The translations under genes were made by a program, and so were the position numbers. A model generated the notes under the pieces. It had not been told where the DNA came from. It did no database searches and saw only the letters and a list, made by a program, of their open reading frames with translations. From Catajapyx aquilonaris (lineage: Eukaryota): a stretch of DNA of 61,131 bases. This document shows, one piece after another, positions 13,421 to 24,997 of the stretch. Position 1 is the first letter of the stretch. Each line of letters begins with the position of its first letter. Location: assembly GCA_000934665.2 (NCBI GenBank), contig KZ538594.1, forward strand, positions 1 to 61,131, in the 5' to 3' direction.

Positions 13421-14105
13421 GGACGAGGGATTCAGGTTCGAATCTCCAATGTGAGTGTTTGATTTATTTTATTTTTAGGAACCGTGCGCGAATATTTTGC
13501 GGACGGAGGGCGCAGGTTCGAATCCCGGCCAGGACTGTTTCATTTATTTTATTTTTGAAGCCATAGATATACTTTATATGACGAGAGAAGCACGTTCGTA
13601 TCTCTAATATGAATATTTGAAATGATTGTATTTTAAAAAAACCAGAGATCTGAATTTATTTGGAAATGAGGGACGCAGGTTCGAATCCCAGCGGAGACTT
13701 TCATTTATTTAATTTTTGAAGCCATCTAGATATACTTTACTTGACGGGGGAAGCAGGTTCGAATCTCCGATCGTAATTTTAAAAACCAGACATCGGAAAT
13801 TTTTGAAGATGAGGGACGCAGGTTTGAATCTTGGGAGTATTTTGTGTATTTAATTTTTTAAATACAGAGCATGAATATTTTGGCAGCTGGAATTTATTTT
13901 CGAACCAGAACGATTACTTTTTTGTAGGAGTGACACGGGTTCGAATCCTGGCTGGGAATGTTTCAGTTACTTTAATTTTTTGAAGTAGGCCTACCATAAA
14001 TGAATTTCTTCAAGCTGAGAACCCAGGTTCGAATCCCGGAAGTCAGTGTTTTCTTTATTTCAATTATTGTAAAACCCAATGCAACCCAAGTTTGAGCCCG
14101 GTTCG
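13421..14105 (+). repeat. Degenerate ~80-bp tandem array, each unit carrying a tRNA B-box/T-loop motif GGTTCGAATC
   Basis: Motif at 13435, 13515, 13593, 13678, 13756, 13821, 13938, 14026 and 14089 (three are degenerate), separated by AT-rich spacers. Confidence 0.8.
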
Positions 14106-14494
14106 TGTTATTTACAGCATGATACTTTGTCTGCAACCACCCAAAATTGACCGCTGTCAACAACCAGCCAGAGGCCATTATTGCGTTTCCCCCTCCCTAT
14201 ATGGCCATGTTGTAGTCTTGACCATCAAGCTGCACTCCATATTTGCGGGGAGCTTAACTCGGATCAGAGAATTTTTGCAACGACCGCTGACAACCAAAAA
14301 CCACTTCATGAAATGAAATACGCAGTGTTTTAGGCCATGACTACACGTTTTGTGGCATAGAAATGGTGTCATTTTGGTCCAGCAGTGACGACCAGGGGAC
14401 ATGAGATAGGTTGTTACATTGTTGTTACATTTTGCAGCTATTGTTGTGTTCATATATATTTTTTTCTTCCAAATTTACATGTCCAGGTGATATA

Positions 14495-14710
14495 CAGGAT
14501 GTTCCAAGTTCGTATGTCACTTTTCTTATCACTAATATTGCCCGAAGTGGTTATGTTTTTTTTTGTAGCTGCTTGTGCCCCAGGTGATCGAATATAGCAG
14601 TTGCTATAAAATAGGACAACTAATTATAGGGGCATAACAAGCTACAAAAAATAACCACTTCAGGTAATATTAGTGGTAAGAAAAGTGACCCACGAACTTG
14701 AAACACCATG
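14495..14710. mobile_element. Tc1/mariner-type MITE, 216 bp
   Basis: About 85-bp imperfect TIRs (caggatgttccaagttcg.../...cgaacttgaaacaccatg) with TA on both sides (14493-94, 14711-12). Confidence 0.85.
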
Positions 14711-15770
14711 TACATTTTGTATAATTTTTTTGATTGATATGATACCGTATATGACCTTCGCACATTTTGTAATACCCTATTGTTGTGATTATGACCTCAG
14801 GCGATATCGCTCAACTTAAACATGAGCGATTGTTCCCTGAGGCCAATTTTGGCGAGAGTTTTCGGATAAGGATCCCCTTTTCGCGAAAACTCATACCGCA
14901 AGAGACTCACGTTCTAAACATGCGCCGCGGGATACAGAAACGATGGTTGCTATCTAATTCCTACTCTACACTTTTCTTGTTCCAAACTTTTGCAAATTTT
15001 TTTTTTGCATATCCCATTTTTTGCATGCAAGTTCTTTGTGCCAAGTTTTAAACCGAGTTGGATAACTCGATTCTGCAGTGAAACGCAGAGGATTGCGGTG
15101 CACCACGTGTGATGCGAATGTGCAAAATCTTTGCGGATTCTGACGTTTTCTGAGACGAATTATTGTCTGATTCTACAAGCTATTATGTAGCTACTAAGAG
15201 CTGTTATTTTGCTGTAACTGCTATTGGGAACTGATATTCTGATGTAACTACTTCTAAGAGCTGTTACTTTGATTCATGCGCTACAAGCAGCTTTTTTCTG
15301 TAACTGTTACTGAGATTTATTTTGCTGTAAGTGCTTGTAATAGCTGCTATTTTATTATTTTCCAGGTGCTGCTAAGAGCTGTTATATCGTTGTAACTTCT
15401 TGTTAAATCTGCAATTTTGCTATGAGTTCTTGTGGAAGCTACTCTTTTGCTGTAACTTCTTGTACGAACTGTTACTGACTCAGGTTCTCCCAGTAGCTTT
15501 TTTTCTGTAACTGCTACTGAGAGCTGCAAGTGCTTTTAAGAGCTCTTTTGCTGTAACTGGTTTTAAGAGCTGTTATTTTGCTCTAATATCTGGGGAAATA
15601 TTTATATTCTTTCAGGTACTGTACTTGTAAGAGCTGTTATATGACAATAACATCTTGCTAAAGCTATTTCCTCTGCTATAACTTCTTGTAGAGGTTGTTA
15701 TTTCACTGTAATATCTAGTAAAGAGCTGCTACTTTTCTGTAACTTCTGGTAAGAGCTGCTACTTTTCTGT

Positions 15771-16053
15771 ATTTATTTATTTATGTATTTATTTATTTAT
15801 CATACCCCGTGCTAGAGCCATTGGCTCCCTTAGGGGGGGGTGGATTACCACCATTTGATGGGGTCAGGGATAGGGAAGGAAGGAAGCGGCTGTGGCCTAT
15901 TTTTACGGAAACGACCCCGCAATTGTCGTGGAGGGGACCATGGAAAAGCACAGAATACCATGGTCAGGGTCGCCGACCCCAGGATTCGAACCCGGGACCT
16001 CCCGATTAGCAGGCGGGCTCCTTATCCCCTACCCTACACCAACCTGCTTCGGT
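15771..16053 (-). mobile_element. tRNA-derived SINE, full length, (TAAA)n tail
   Basis: Minus strand shows A box TGGTGTAG...GG, CTGCTAATC loop (Ser-GCT-like), B box GGTTCGAATCC, body ...ggccacagccgcttccttcc..., and a taaa tail; flanks acttttctgt/acgtttctgt; second copy at 46023. Confidence 0.9.
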
Positions 16054-16063
16054 ACGTTTCTGT

Positions 16064-16306
16064 CAGGGTCACCTACATGAGTGCCTCCCCCACCTAGACA
16101 GGGTATTGTCTCTCCGCCATATTGGAGCTAATTCACATAGGAGCTACATGCAGTGAAAAAAAAAATTGAAAAAAAACAAAAACTAATCGCTTGCCAATTC
16201 CCTATCCTGCAGCATGGGGCGGCCATATTGGAGCTAGATTACATAAGGACTACGTGAAGACAATACCCTAGTTAGGGTGGGGGAGGCAACCATGTAGGGG
16301 ACCCTG
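16064..16306. mobile_element. hAT-type MITE, 243 bp
   Basis: TIRs cagggtcacctacatg.../...catgtaggggaccctg and an exact 8-bp TSD gtttctgt (16056-63, 16307-14). Confidence 0.9.
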
Positions 16307-16964
16307 GTTTCTGTAACTTCTGGTCAGAGCAGCTACGTTTCTGTAACTTCTGGTCAGAGCTGCTACGTTTCTGTAACTTCGGTTAAGAGCTGCTACTCTT
16401 CTGTAACATCTGTTAAGAGCTGCTATTTTGCTGGATCTACTTACAAGAGCTTTCAGAGAGAGTTACCCTGACACGTCAGGTGTAAACCATCCCCGAATAA
16501 TTTTTAAAGCCTACCACGGAGCAGACCCGTTCACACTCCTGATACCGTCTCTGGCACACCGGAATTTGCGCAAAACGCACCTGGAAATCGATCGCATATC
16601 TAGGGGCCTAGACAAGGCCTGGTTCTATGGCCCGGTGCCAAACGGCTTCACCGAAAAAGGGATTACAAGCCAGGCATCCAGATGAAGCTGTCTTTCCAAC
16701 GCTACACCACCTAATGCCTAAAGCGACTTTCCAGCTAGAAGCGAAGTTCTATTGAATATTCACACCTTTTGGATATATACGACAAAAGAGGGAGATGCAG
16801 TCGTATCCACAAGGCGATGAATAGCGGAGGCGAGGAAATTAATTTCCTTCTCTAGATCTGATAATTATGTCCCCCTGTTTTGGGATTTACCTAGGGGTTT
16901 TGGGGGAAACTGACAGGAGATTTAGAGGCGAATATCGCTACATTTTCAGTAGCGGTTGCGATTT

Positions 16965-17885
16965 TTTTAGCGGTCTGTTCAACCACCACTTCTCGCTCAC
17001 TCTCTCGCTAAGGCTGAAGTTCTTGCTCTCAAACACGTGCCGGTCCTGGTTCACAGCGGTCGGTTCAACCGTCGCTTGTCTCTCACACTCTCGCTCAGAC
17101 TCAAGTGTACGCTCTCGCTCAGAGCGGTCGGTTCAACCATCACTTCTTGCTCACGTTCACGTTCACGCTTTTGCTCTCGCTCACAGCGGTTGGTTCCATC
17201 ATCGCTTATCCCTCATATTATCGCTAAGGCTCAAGTTCACGCTCTCGTTCACGCTCATGTTCTCGCTCAGATTGGTCGGTTCAAGCATCACTTCTTGCTC
17301 ACATTCACATTCACGTTCACGCTGTTGCTCTCCCTCACAGCGATCGGTTCAATAATCGCTTCTACTTCATATTATCGCTAAGACTCAAGTTCACGCTCTC
17401 GTTTACGTTAGCGTTCTTGTTCTCGCTCTCGCTCAGAGCTGTCTGTTCGCTTCTCGCACATATTCTAGCAAAAGCTCAAGTTCACGCTCTCGTTCATCAC
17501 GTTCCCGTTCTCCTTCAGAGCGGTCGGTTCAACCATCACTTCTTGCTCCCATTCACGCTGCCGTTCACGTACACGTTCACGGTCTTGCGCTCGCTCACAG
17601 CGGTCGGCTCAATCATCGCATCTCCCTCACACTATCGCTAAGACTCAAGTTCACGCTCTCGTTTACGTTAACTTTCCCTCGTTCTCGTTGACGGTCTCGT
17701 TTACGTTAACTTTCCCTCGTTCTCGCTGACGCTCTCGTTTACGTTAACTTTCTCGTTCTCAATGACGCTCTCGTTTACGTTAACTTTCTCGTTCTCGCTG
17801 ACCCTCACGTTCTCGCTCAGAGGGGTCGGTTCAACCATCTCTTCTCGCTCAAATTCTCGCTAAGGCTCAAGTTCATGCTCATGAT
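16965..17885. repeat. Degenerate repeat of CTCGCT/TCACG motifs with recurring cagcggtcggttcaaccatcacttct modules
   Basis: The module recurs several times; explains the Ser/Arg/His-rich ORFs. Confidence 0.8.
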
Positions 17886-19399
17886 ATTCGACCTCTCAGT
17901 TTTTTCTCGCTTTTAAAACCTCGCTTGACAAAAAATTGTCAACCAGAAAGCGTGTAAAGCACTCTCCTTCTTTGAAGAAACTGTGGGAGGTAGTGGGCTG
18001 GAGCGGGTTAGAAAAGATGACCGTCTAGAGGATCGCGTGATCGCTCTAGAAAAATGGAAGCCGTCGCGAGGTCCAGTAAATGCCGGCGTTAAGTGAATTC
18101 CATGATGTATTGGGAGATTAGCCCAGGAATTTTTTGGCGAGTATAACCAAGTGTTGGGACATGGAAGGAGCGAGGAAAAAGTGTCGCATTTTTGTGGTCG
18201 AGACACGCCATTTGCTGCATGCGACGAGCGTCAAAGTGAGACGTAGAAGGAAAGGTCAGAAAGCTGTTCGTATGCATGACAATTCTATATCCTAAGTGAG
18301 TTCTATGCTGAAATCTATGATAGAAAAGGAGCGGTGGAGTCAGAAAAAATTAGCAGGGCCATTGTTGCTGTTAGTTCCAATAGTACGCCACAGATGGCAG
18401 GCAAACTGCCAGCCCAAAATGAGCCTTAATGGCGTTCTACGCTGAAAACTGTGATAGAACAGTTCCTGTAGAATCAGAAAAAAAAATAGAAATTTTTAGA
18501 GGCGTTTTTGGCTCATTGTTGCTGGTAGTTCTGATCGTGTTCCACAGATGGCGTTGTACAATCTAACGCCATCTGTAGCGTAGCATGCGAACTACTGGTC
18601 CAAAATGAGCTCCGATTATATCTATGGCTGCGTGACTTCTATTTTCAGGAATAGATCTAGGACTATGAACTAATAACGACCGAAGTTAACGAGCAGGTCC
18701 TTTTTCACTCACTTTTCAGGACCATTGTTGCTCACTCACTTCCAGTCCTAATCCGGCTTAAGACTCGTACACATAGCAAGGATTAGAATCCATAGAACAA
18801 CCTAATAGAACTTCTAAAAATCGCAATATAAACTAGCTACCATTGCACACATAAATCCCTCATAGAATTTATAGCTATGAATGGAGGTCTTAACTTAACT
18901 GAAATTTTTGACCTACAAGGCACAACCAGGAGGCTTAGCAAACTTGGGAAGATGGCTGGTATATTTGCTGACAGAGCCATTTGTGCAAAAGCCCTCTGGT
19001 AATCACCTTCTTGCGACAAATGGCTTTATAGAGTCGCAGCTTATTGAATAGCGTCGTCGGCCCCAACAGAGGTGAAGCCATCAATTTGAGAAAACCCTTT
19101 GCCGTCTTACAAAATCCACCATTGCCACAAAAAGTTCGAGAGTTAACAAACTTTTGCTGATAATGAGCCGCTATGATGGGTGGTAAGCGCCATCTGTGTA
19201 TTTTAGCTTCAAGTTATGTTATCTCAAGTCATTAGCGCTGAATTAGTCTTAGGCTAAGTAGCGTAATTTGTGTTCACGGAATTAGATGAATTTTTACGTA
19301 CAGTGCGCACCACAGTTCGCGCAGCATGCACGGTTGGCATTATAATTGATTAGTGGTGAGCTCAATGAATCAGCATTAAACCACAAAGCGCCACAAAGC

Positions 19400-20150
19400 A
19401 TTAAAAGAGCATCAAAAGACAAACAATTTGTAATGCTCTTGTGATATTTTTAAAATGTTTTAATGGCTTTTTAGCAACAAAAAACATTACAAGGGCATCA
19501 GTGCTGAGTCTCTCATGGTTCAACAGAAATTGTTAATGCTCTTTAATGCTTTCATGATGCTTTTAGCAACAAAAAATATTAATATGGAAAACCCATTTTT
19601 AAACGCTTTCCCGATGTTCTTTTAATGTTTTTTGTTGCTACATAGCATCAGAAACATCACAAGAGCATTAAAGAGCATTATAATCTGATGCTTCAAGGGA
19701 GATTCAGTAGTGATGCTCTTTTAATGTTTTGATGAAGCTCTTGTAATGCTTTTTGTTTCGAAAAACAACAAGAACATTACAATAGCATTAAATATTGATG
19801 TTCCATGGGACACTCAATAGTAATGCTCTTGTGAAGTTTGTGATGCTTGGAAGCAACAAAAAACATTAAAATAACATCACGAAAGCGTTTAAAAATTATT
19901 TTTACATCTTATGACGCTCTTTTAATATTTTTGTATCTAAAAGCATCATCAAGGCATTAAAAGTACAACATCAAAGCATTACAATGGCATTAAAAATATT
20001 AATGCTCTATGGGAGACTCAGTAATGATGCTATTTAAACGCTTTGATGATGCTCTTGTAATGCTTTTTGTTGTTATAGAGGAAGGAAGAAAACATTACAA
20101 GAGCATTAAAATTAATGCTCCATGGGAAATTCAGTAGAGATGCTCTTTTT
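19400..20150. repeat. Large imperfect palindrome (foldback-like) of GCATTA/TAATGC modules, centred near 19745
   Basis: 19597-19670 (aaacgctttcccgatg...caagagcatta) is the reverse complement of 19821-19895; outer arms also pair (ctgagtctctcat / atgggagactcag). Confidence 0.75.
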
Positions 20151-20984
20151 AATGGTTTGGAGTTTACAATGTAGTGGATGTAGTGGTAAATAAACTAAGC
20201 ACTTATTTCCAACGCTATGCTTGGGGAAGGGGTACAAAATGTCCTACATTTGCGACGTTTCCAAGTCTCATCCATTCCCGTACATCCCAAAAAACTTACC
20301 GTATTTTTTATTGCCAAAACCCTAACTCGCCATAAAGCCAAATTCCCTTCCACAGGAAATCACGTAGCCCTTTGAAATCCTTTGAGCGCAGGAAAAGTGC
20401 CTTTCGTGCCACCGTTATAATAATTTCATTACAAAGTTTACCCCCCCCCCCCCCNNNNNNNNNNNNNNNNCCCCCCCCCCCCCCATCTCGCCTGTTATAT
20501 AACCACCCCCTACTGTAGCTTTGCGTTTGTTCAAGAGCAGGGGTAGGATTGCACCGCTTCAGGGTTGGAGGTAGGGGGTAGGGGAAAGCTTGAAATTGAG
20601 TAATTTGTTGCGATTTGGGACCAATCTGGCCATGTTTTAAAGAGGGTTGTACCTTTGAGTGTTCCGGTCTCTTTTGTTTGATCGTGTGATATAGGGGGGA
20701 AAGTTTTGGAGCTTTGAAATTCCAAAATGTTTTAGCAAGCGTATATATTGTTAAAAAAATTATATTACAACAATGAGTTTGAGATAATACTTTGCTAGTA
20801 AAAATGTTCACCCACCAAATATGCCTAACGTCGTAGGACACGGATGATCTTTACTACGCGACGAAGTGTCGGGAGTTGGTGTGTAGAGTTCAGTAGTTAT
20901 ATTTTTAGCTATATTAGTTCAAAAAATCTTACAAAAATAAGGGACAAACCACCGCATATCACCCTGAGACTAATGGTCCATCCA

Positions 20985-21380
20985 AGGGGTAATCCCCGGG
21001 TAATCTGATGTACACTTCCTTTGGTAACCCAGGTAATCATAAGACAGTATGTGCGTAATCAGGGTAGTAAGAAAGAATCAGGGTAATCACAGGAGAAATC
21101 AGAGTAATCAGGAGTAATAGGGATACTCATAAGGTAATATCACTCATAAGGTGACATGGGTTAATAGGAGTAATCTGGGTAATCATAGGTAATCACAGGA
21201 GTAATCTGGGTAACCATGAATAATTTGGGTAATCATGTGGTAATAATGATGGGTAATCACATGAGTGATATGTGTAATAAGGGGTATAAGAGTAATCGTA
21301 AGGTAATATGGATAATCATAAGTTAACCTGGGTAATCATAAGGTAATCATAGGTAATATACTGTAGGATAATCATGGTGT
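20985..21380. repeat. Degenerate GGTAATC repeat
   Basis: Many ggtaatc/agtaatc motifs at about 10-bp spacing. Confidence 0.8.
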
Positions 21381-22424
21381 ATACACTTTTAAGGAGAATG
21401 GGTAACTAACCACTACTTTGGTCCATCCAACCTGGGTCCTACTTAGGCCCAGTTCCAAATCATCACCCATTGCTTCCCCATTATTTCCAACTCCCCCACC
21501 ACCATTTCCATACTCATTCAAACAAAACAATTAAAGTATGGAAATGAAAGAGTCCATGGGCGGTCTTCCCTCCCATTTTTCTCCCCACCTCCCCCGCCTC
21601 TCCCCACCATCCTTTTTAGATATGGCTTTTGTCTCATTGTTCTCGGTTCCATTAGGCCCTTCCTTAGCCTCGCACTGCGGGACACACAGGAAACATAGAG
21701 CCCAATTATGAGAGAGACTAACTGCGCTCTGGAATGACTTCTGGAAACTGTTTGGAAGCCTCGGTGGGCAATATCTTAAGAAAAGAGCTGCCTAGAATCC
21801 AGTTCTTAAGCAAGGTTCATTATTTACGACGGGTATTACTGTCCATCGTCACGAAAAATGCTATAACGCGATTAGTAAATAAATTGCAAAAAAAAAAAAA
21901 ATTGGTTGAATTATTTATGTGGGACGGTGTCCTTATGAAATCTCTTTGATATCTAGGAAAGCCTAGGACGGCCATCATTCACTTGCAGACTATTTTCAGA
22001 AGAGCAGTGCAGTATTTATGGCGAATCAGGTAGCTGATGTGTTAGATATGAGCTAAGTAGGACCTTATCGGGTTTTGTTGCACGTAGCCTGTAGTTATGT
22101 CCAATTTTGAGCTTTTGAATTGAGGCGATATGGGAGTAATCGCACGGTATTTCCAACCGTCGCGTTTCTGGTTACAACACTATAGTCTGGCCATTTTCAG
22201 AAAGGGATGTGACGTATGATGACGTTTCATAAAGAACCAATCAGTGGCAGGATCGAAAGGGATCCTTGAAGTTTATTGGGCAGGAGGAAGGTGTGTCTAT
22301 AGGTGTCACTTTCTGAAAACTGTCAGACTATACCCGGTACTGCGCATGCTTGGATGAGCCCGGCATGTGATTGGTCCTGGAAGATGGTGGGGAGCGATTG
22401 GTTGTGAGTACGCATGCGCAGATT

Positions 22425-23160
22425 GGCCGATTTTCGATATATCAAAGGCAATATCGATAATTGAGGTAACAGAAGGAAAATACTCGATTTTAGACATCCA
22501 ATGCAATATTGATATTTATTTTTCGAATTCATTTAAAATATCCATTATATCGAACACAATATCGATTTTTAAAGTATCAATTGCAACGTCGTTGTTGAAG
22601 TATCAATTGCAATATTGATGTTAAGATATCCTCTACAATAAATTTTTAGTGCATGGAAAGAAATATATCGATTTTCGTCATATCGGACCTTTCAAAGGCA
22701 GTATTTCCAGCTTTTAATTTATCGAACGCAAAATATCAATTTTTGATATCGAATGATTATCGATTTTCTGCATATCAACGTCAATAACAATTTCCAATAT
22801 ATCAAACATAATATCGATTTTTGATGCATCGAAAATAAGATATCGATTTTCATAATATCAAATGCAAAATTTCAATATATCAAAGGCAGTATTTCAAGTT
22901 TTAATTTAGGGGAAGCAAAATATCGATTTTAGATATCCAATGCATATCGATTTTAGATATACTATGCATATCGATTTTCTATACATAGAATTCAATAACA
23001 ATTCCTGATAATATCAAACAAAATTTCTGATTTCTTTTGATGCATCGAAAGTAATATATCGATTTTCGTTATATCGAACGCAAAATTTCGATGCATCAAA
23101 CGCATTTTTCTATTTTAAATAATTATATCAAATGCAATATATAGATTTTGATATCAGTCG
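22425..23160. repeat. ATCGAT-rich degenerate block
   Basis: Repeated aatatcgattttt modules. Confidence 0.8.
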
Positions 23161-24652
23161 AACTCTTGTTAATATCCTGTCCTGTACTAGTGTCTTTCTA
23201 TCCTTTAATTTCAGTCCGTACTATATGCACTATCACACTATGAAACCCTCCCGTCTCTCTATAAAAAAATTCACACGAAACGTGATAACCCCTGTTAATT
23301 ACACGCAATAAACCAAGCCTGCATGCAGGTGTAGAACAAACGATCATCCGATCATGCAGATACACCCTCATTAACCTTAAAAAAACTAGAACGCAAAAAA
23401 ACTAGCGACATCTCTGGTCATAAAATGTCACAATCGGAGTGACATATTGCAAAATATTAAGCGAGACACAGGGTGAGCTATAAAACACATTGTGCGCTAT
23501 ACAAGGTAGGTCATAAACCTTGAATCCTATCACATATTAGCTATAGTAGCGTTTTACAGTAGTAACGGTATTTATACACCGGGCATTGCTCCATTACGAA
23601 ATTACAGGGCGTTAGATCATAACTGGGACTTAGGGAGGGCTTCCAAGATGGATTCTTGCTATTTTGCCAACTTTCTTTATGGGCTTTGAACCCGCTTGGG
23701 GGATTCCAAATGCCATAAGACTACCCCCTTTTTTCGCCCCAAAATATTAATGGCCCACCCCCTCATCCTCGCCCCCACCCCCCTTTTTATGGTGTCGCGG
23801 TAATAACCCCTGGAGCCAGCAAAAAGAAAGGACGTGACAGCCTTTTGTTCGTGTCAATAATGGAGGCTTTTGGCAGCAGAGTTGGTTTTGGCCACAAAAT
23901 TTTTGCCAAAATTCTAGAGTGTAATATGCAAATATTTGACTTTTTTACATGAAATAACTGTTACTTTTCACAGATTAATAGTTAAATTTGTTAACATTGC
24001 GACATTTCGATCTCTATGCCCAATGGGTGTCAATTAAACGTATTACCTATGTACCACAGGCGTCATACCGTTCAAAATGCCAATGATTAAATTTTGCGAA
24101 AGGCAATTAGCTATTTTTGACTCCCTGCCAAAAAATTTCGTCCCCCCTGTAAAACACGGATTGTTAATTTTTTCCCCCTCGCGCAATGCTAATTGGCTTT
24201 TGGGCCATACCGAGAACCGAAATTAATGAAACAATTAACGAGAAACCTCTCTCTCGCATTATATATATATTCTGACCTCAGATGCCTTTCACACCTTTCA
24301 CACCTTTTCTACTCTCTTTGTCTTTTATAGGTGTTTCCGCTAGAACCGGTTGCAAAGTGAAAATTTCATATTCATTAGTAATGAGCCAGAACTTTGTCTC
24401 GTTAGTTCAAATTGCCTTATCTCGAGGCCGCAGTTTTCATTATTATGGTATTAAAATTCTAGACCTGGTTATCTCATGGGAAGTGTGTCTCGAGACCTCA
24501 GGAATAAGAAATGCCTACTTCCCGTGTTCCTAAGGCGAAACAGAACAATTATTTTCCAGCCACAAGATGGCGTGGTCGGGAAAGATCGATTCGGATATCT
24601 AACTAAGGCTTTAAGATCAGATTTCACACCTATTTTGTGCACTATTGCTTTA

Positions 24653-24997
24653 TTTGACTTTATCATGAAAAAGGCTGTCCGTCTGTCCGTGAACAGTTAT
24701 CAGGGCCGAAACGGCACTATTCGGATTCAGCGGGCCATATTCAGGTTTCATGGTCAACTTTTGGTGACCGGCCACTTCCAGTTTTCCGGGTTCACTTTAT
24801 CCGCCAAGGCCTCGGCGGATAAAGTGAACCCGGAAAACCAGAAGTGGCCGGTCATCGAAAGTTGACCTGGACACCTGTTTCGAATCTGATAACCGTTTCA
24901 TTGGCAACGGGTGAGACTGACAACATTCTGTCATTTGTTGCCCAATAATAATTTATTTGGCAATGAGAAATGTCTACTCGAATCACACGCGTGATTT
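24653..24997 (+). mobile_element. DINE-1/Helentron-associated (HINE)-like element, copy A, with internal palindrome
   Basis: 5' gactt...cat subTIR remnant, (GTCY)n microsatellite ctgtccgtctgtccgt, 3' caatgagaaatgtc subTIR, short hairpin aatcac-acgc-gtgatt, T flanks; homologous to 28321-28550. Confidence 0.7.

Larger units (their letters stand above)
15180..16430. repeat. Degenerate ~30-bp tandem repeat (agagctgctacttttctgtaacttctggta) interrupted by a SINE and a MITE
   Basis: The same unit continues on both sides of the 15771-16306 insertions. Confidence 0.85.

Noticed and set aside
13421..14105. tRNA gene cluster or CRISPR-like array
   Set aside because: Only T-loop/B-box motifs are present, with no D arm or acceptor stem; repeats are degenerate, spacers are related to each other, and the context is eukaryotic with no cas genes.
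15975..16053. Functional tRNA-Ser(GCT)
   Set aside because: No acceptor stem or long variable arm, and it runs into a SINE body and tail.
16867..17641. Ser/Arg-rich ORFs resembling SR proteins
   Set aside because: They arise from CTCGCT/TCACG repeats and have no RRM or other domain.
20441..20484. Poly-C/poly-G runs with Ns (also near 30360, 36082 and 46171)
   Set aside because: Assembly uncertainty at homopolymers; lengths and ORFs spanning them are unreliable.
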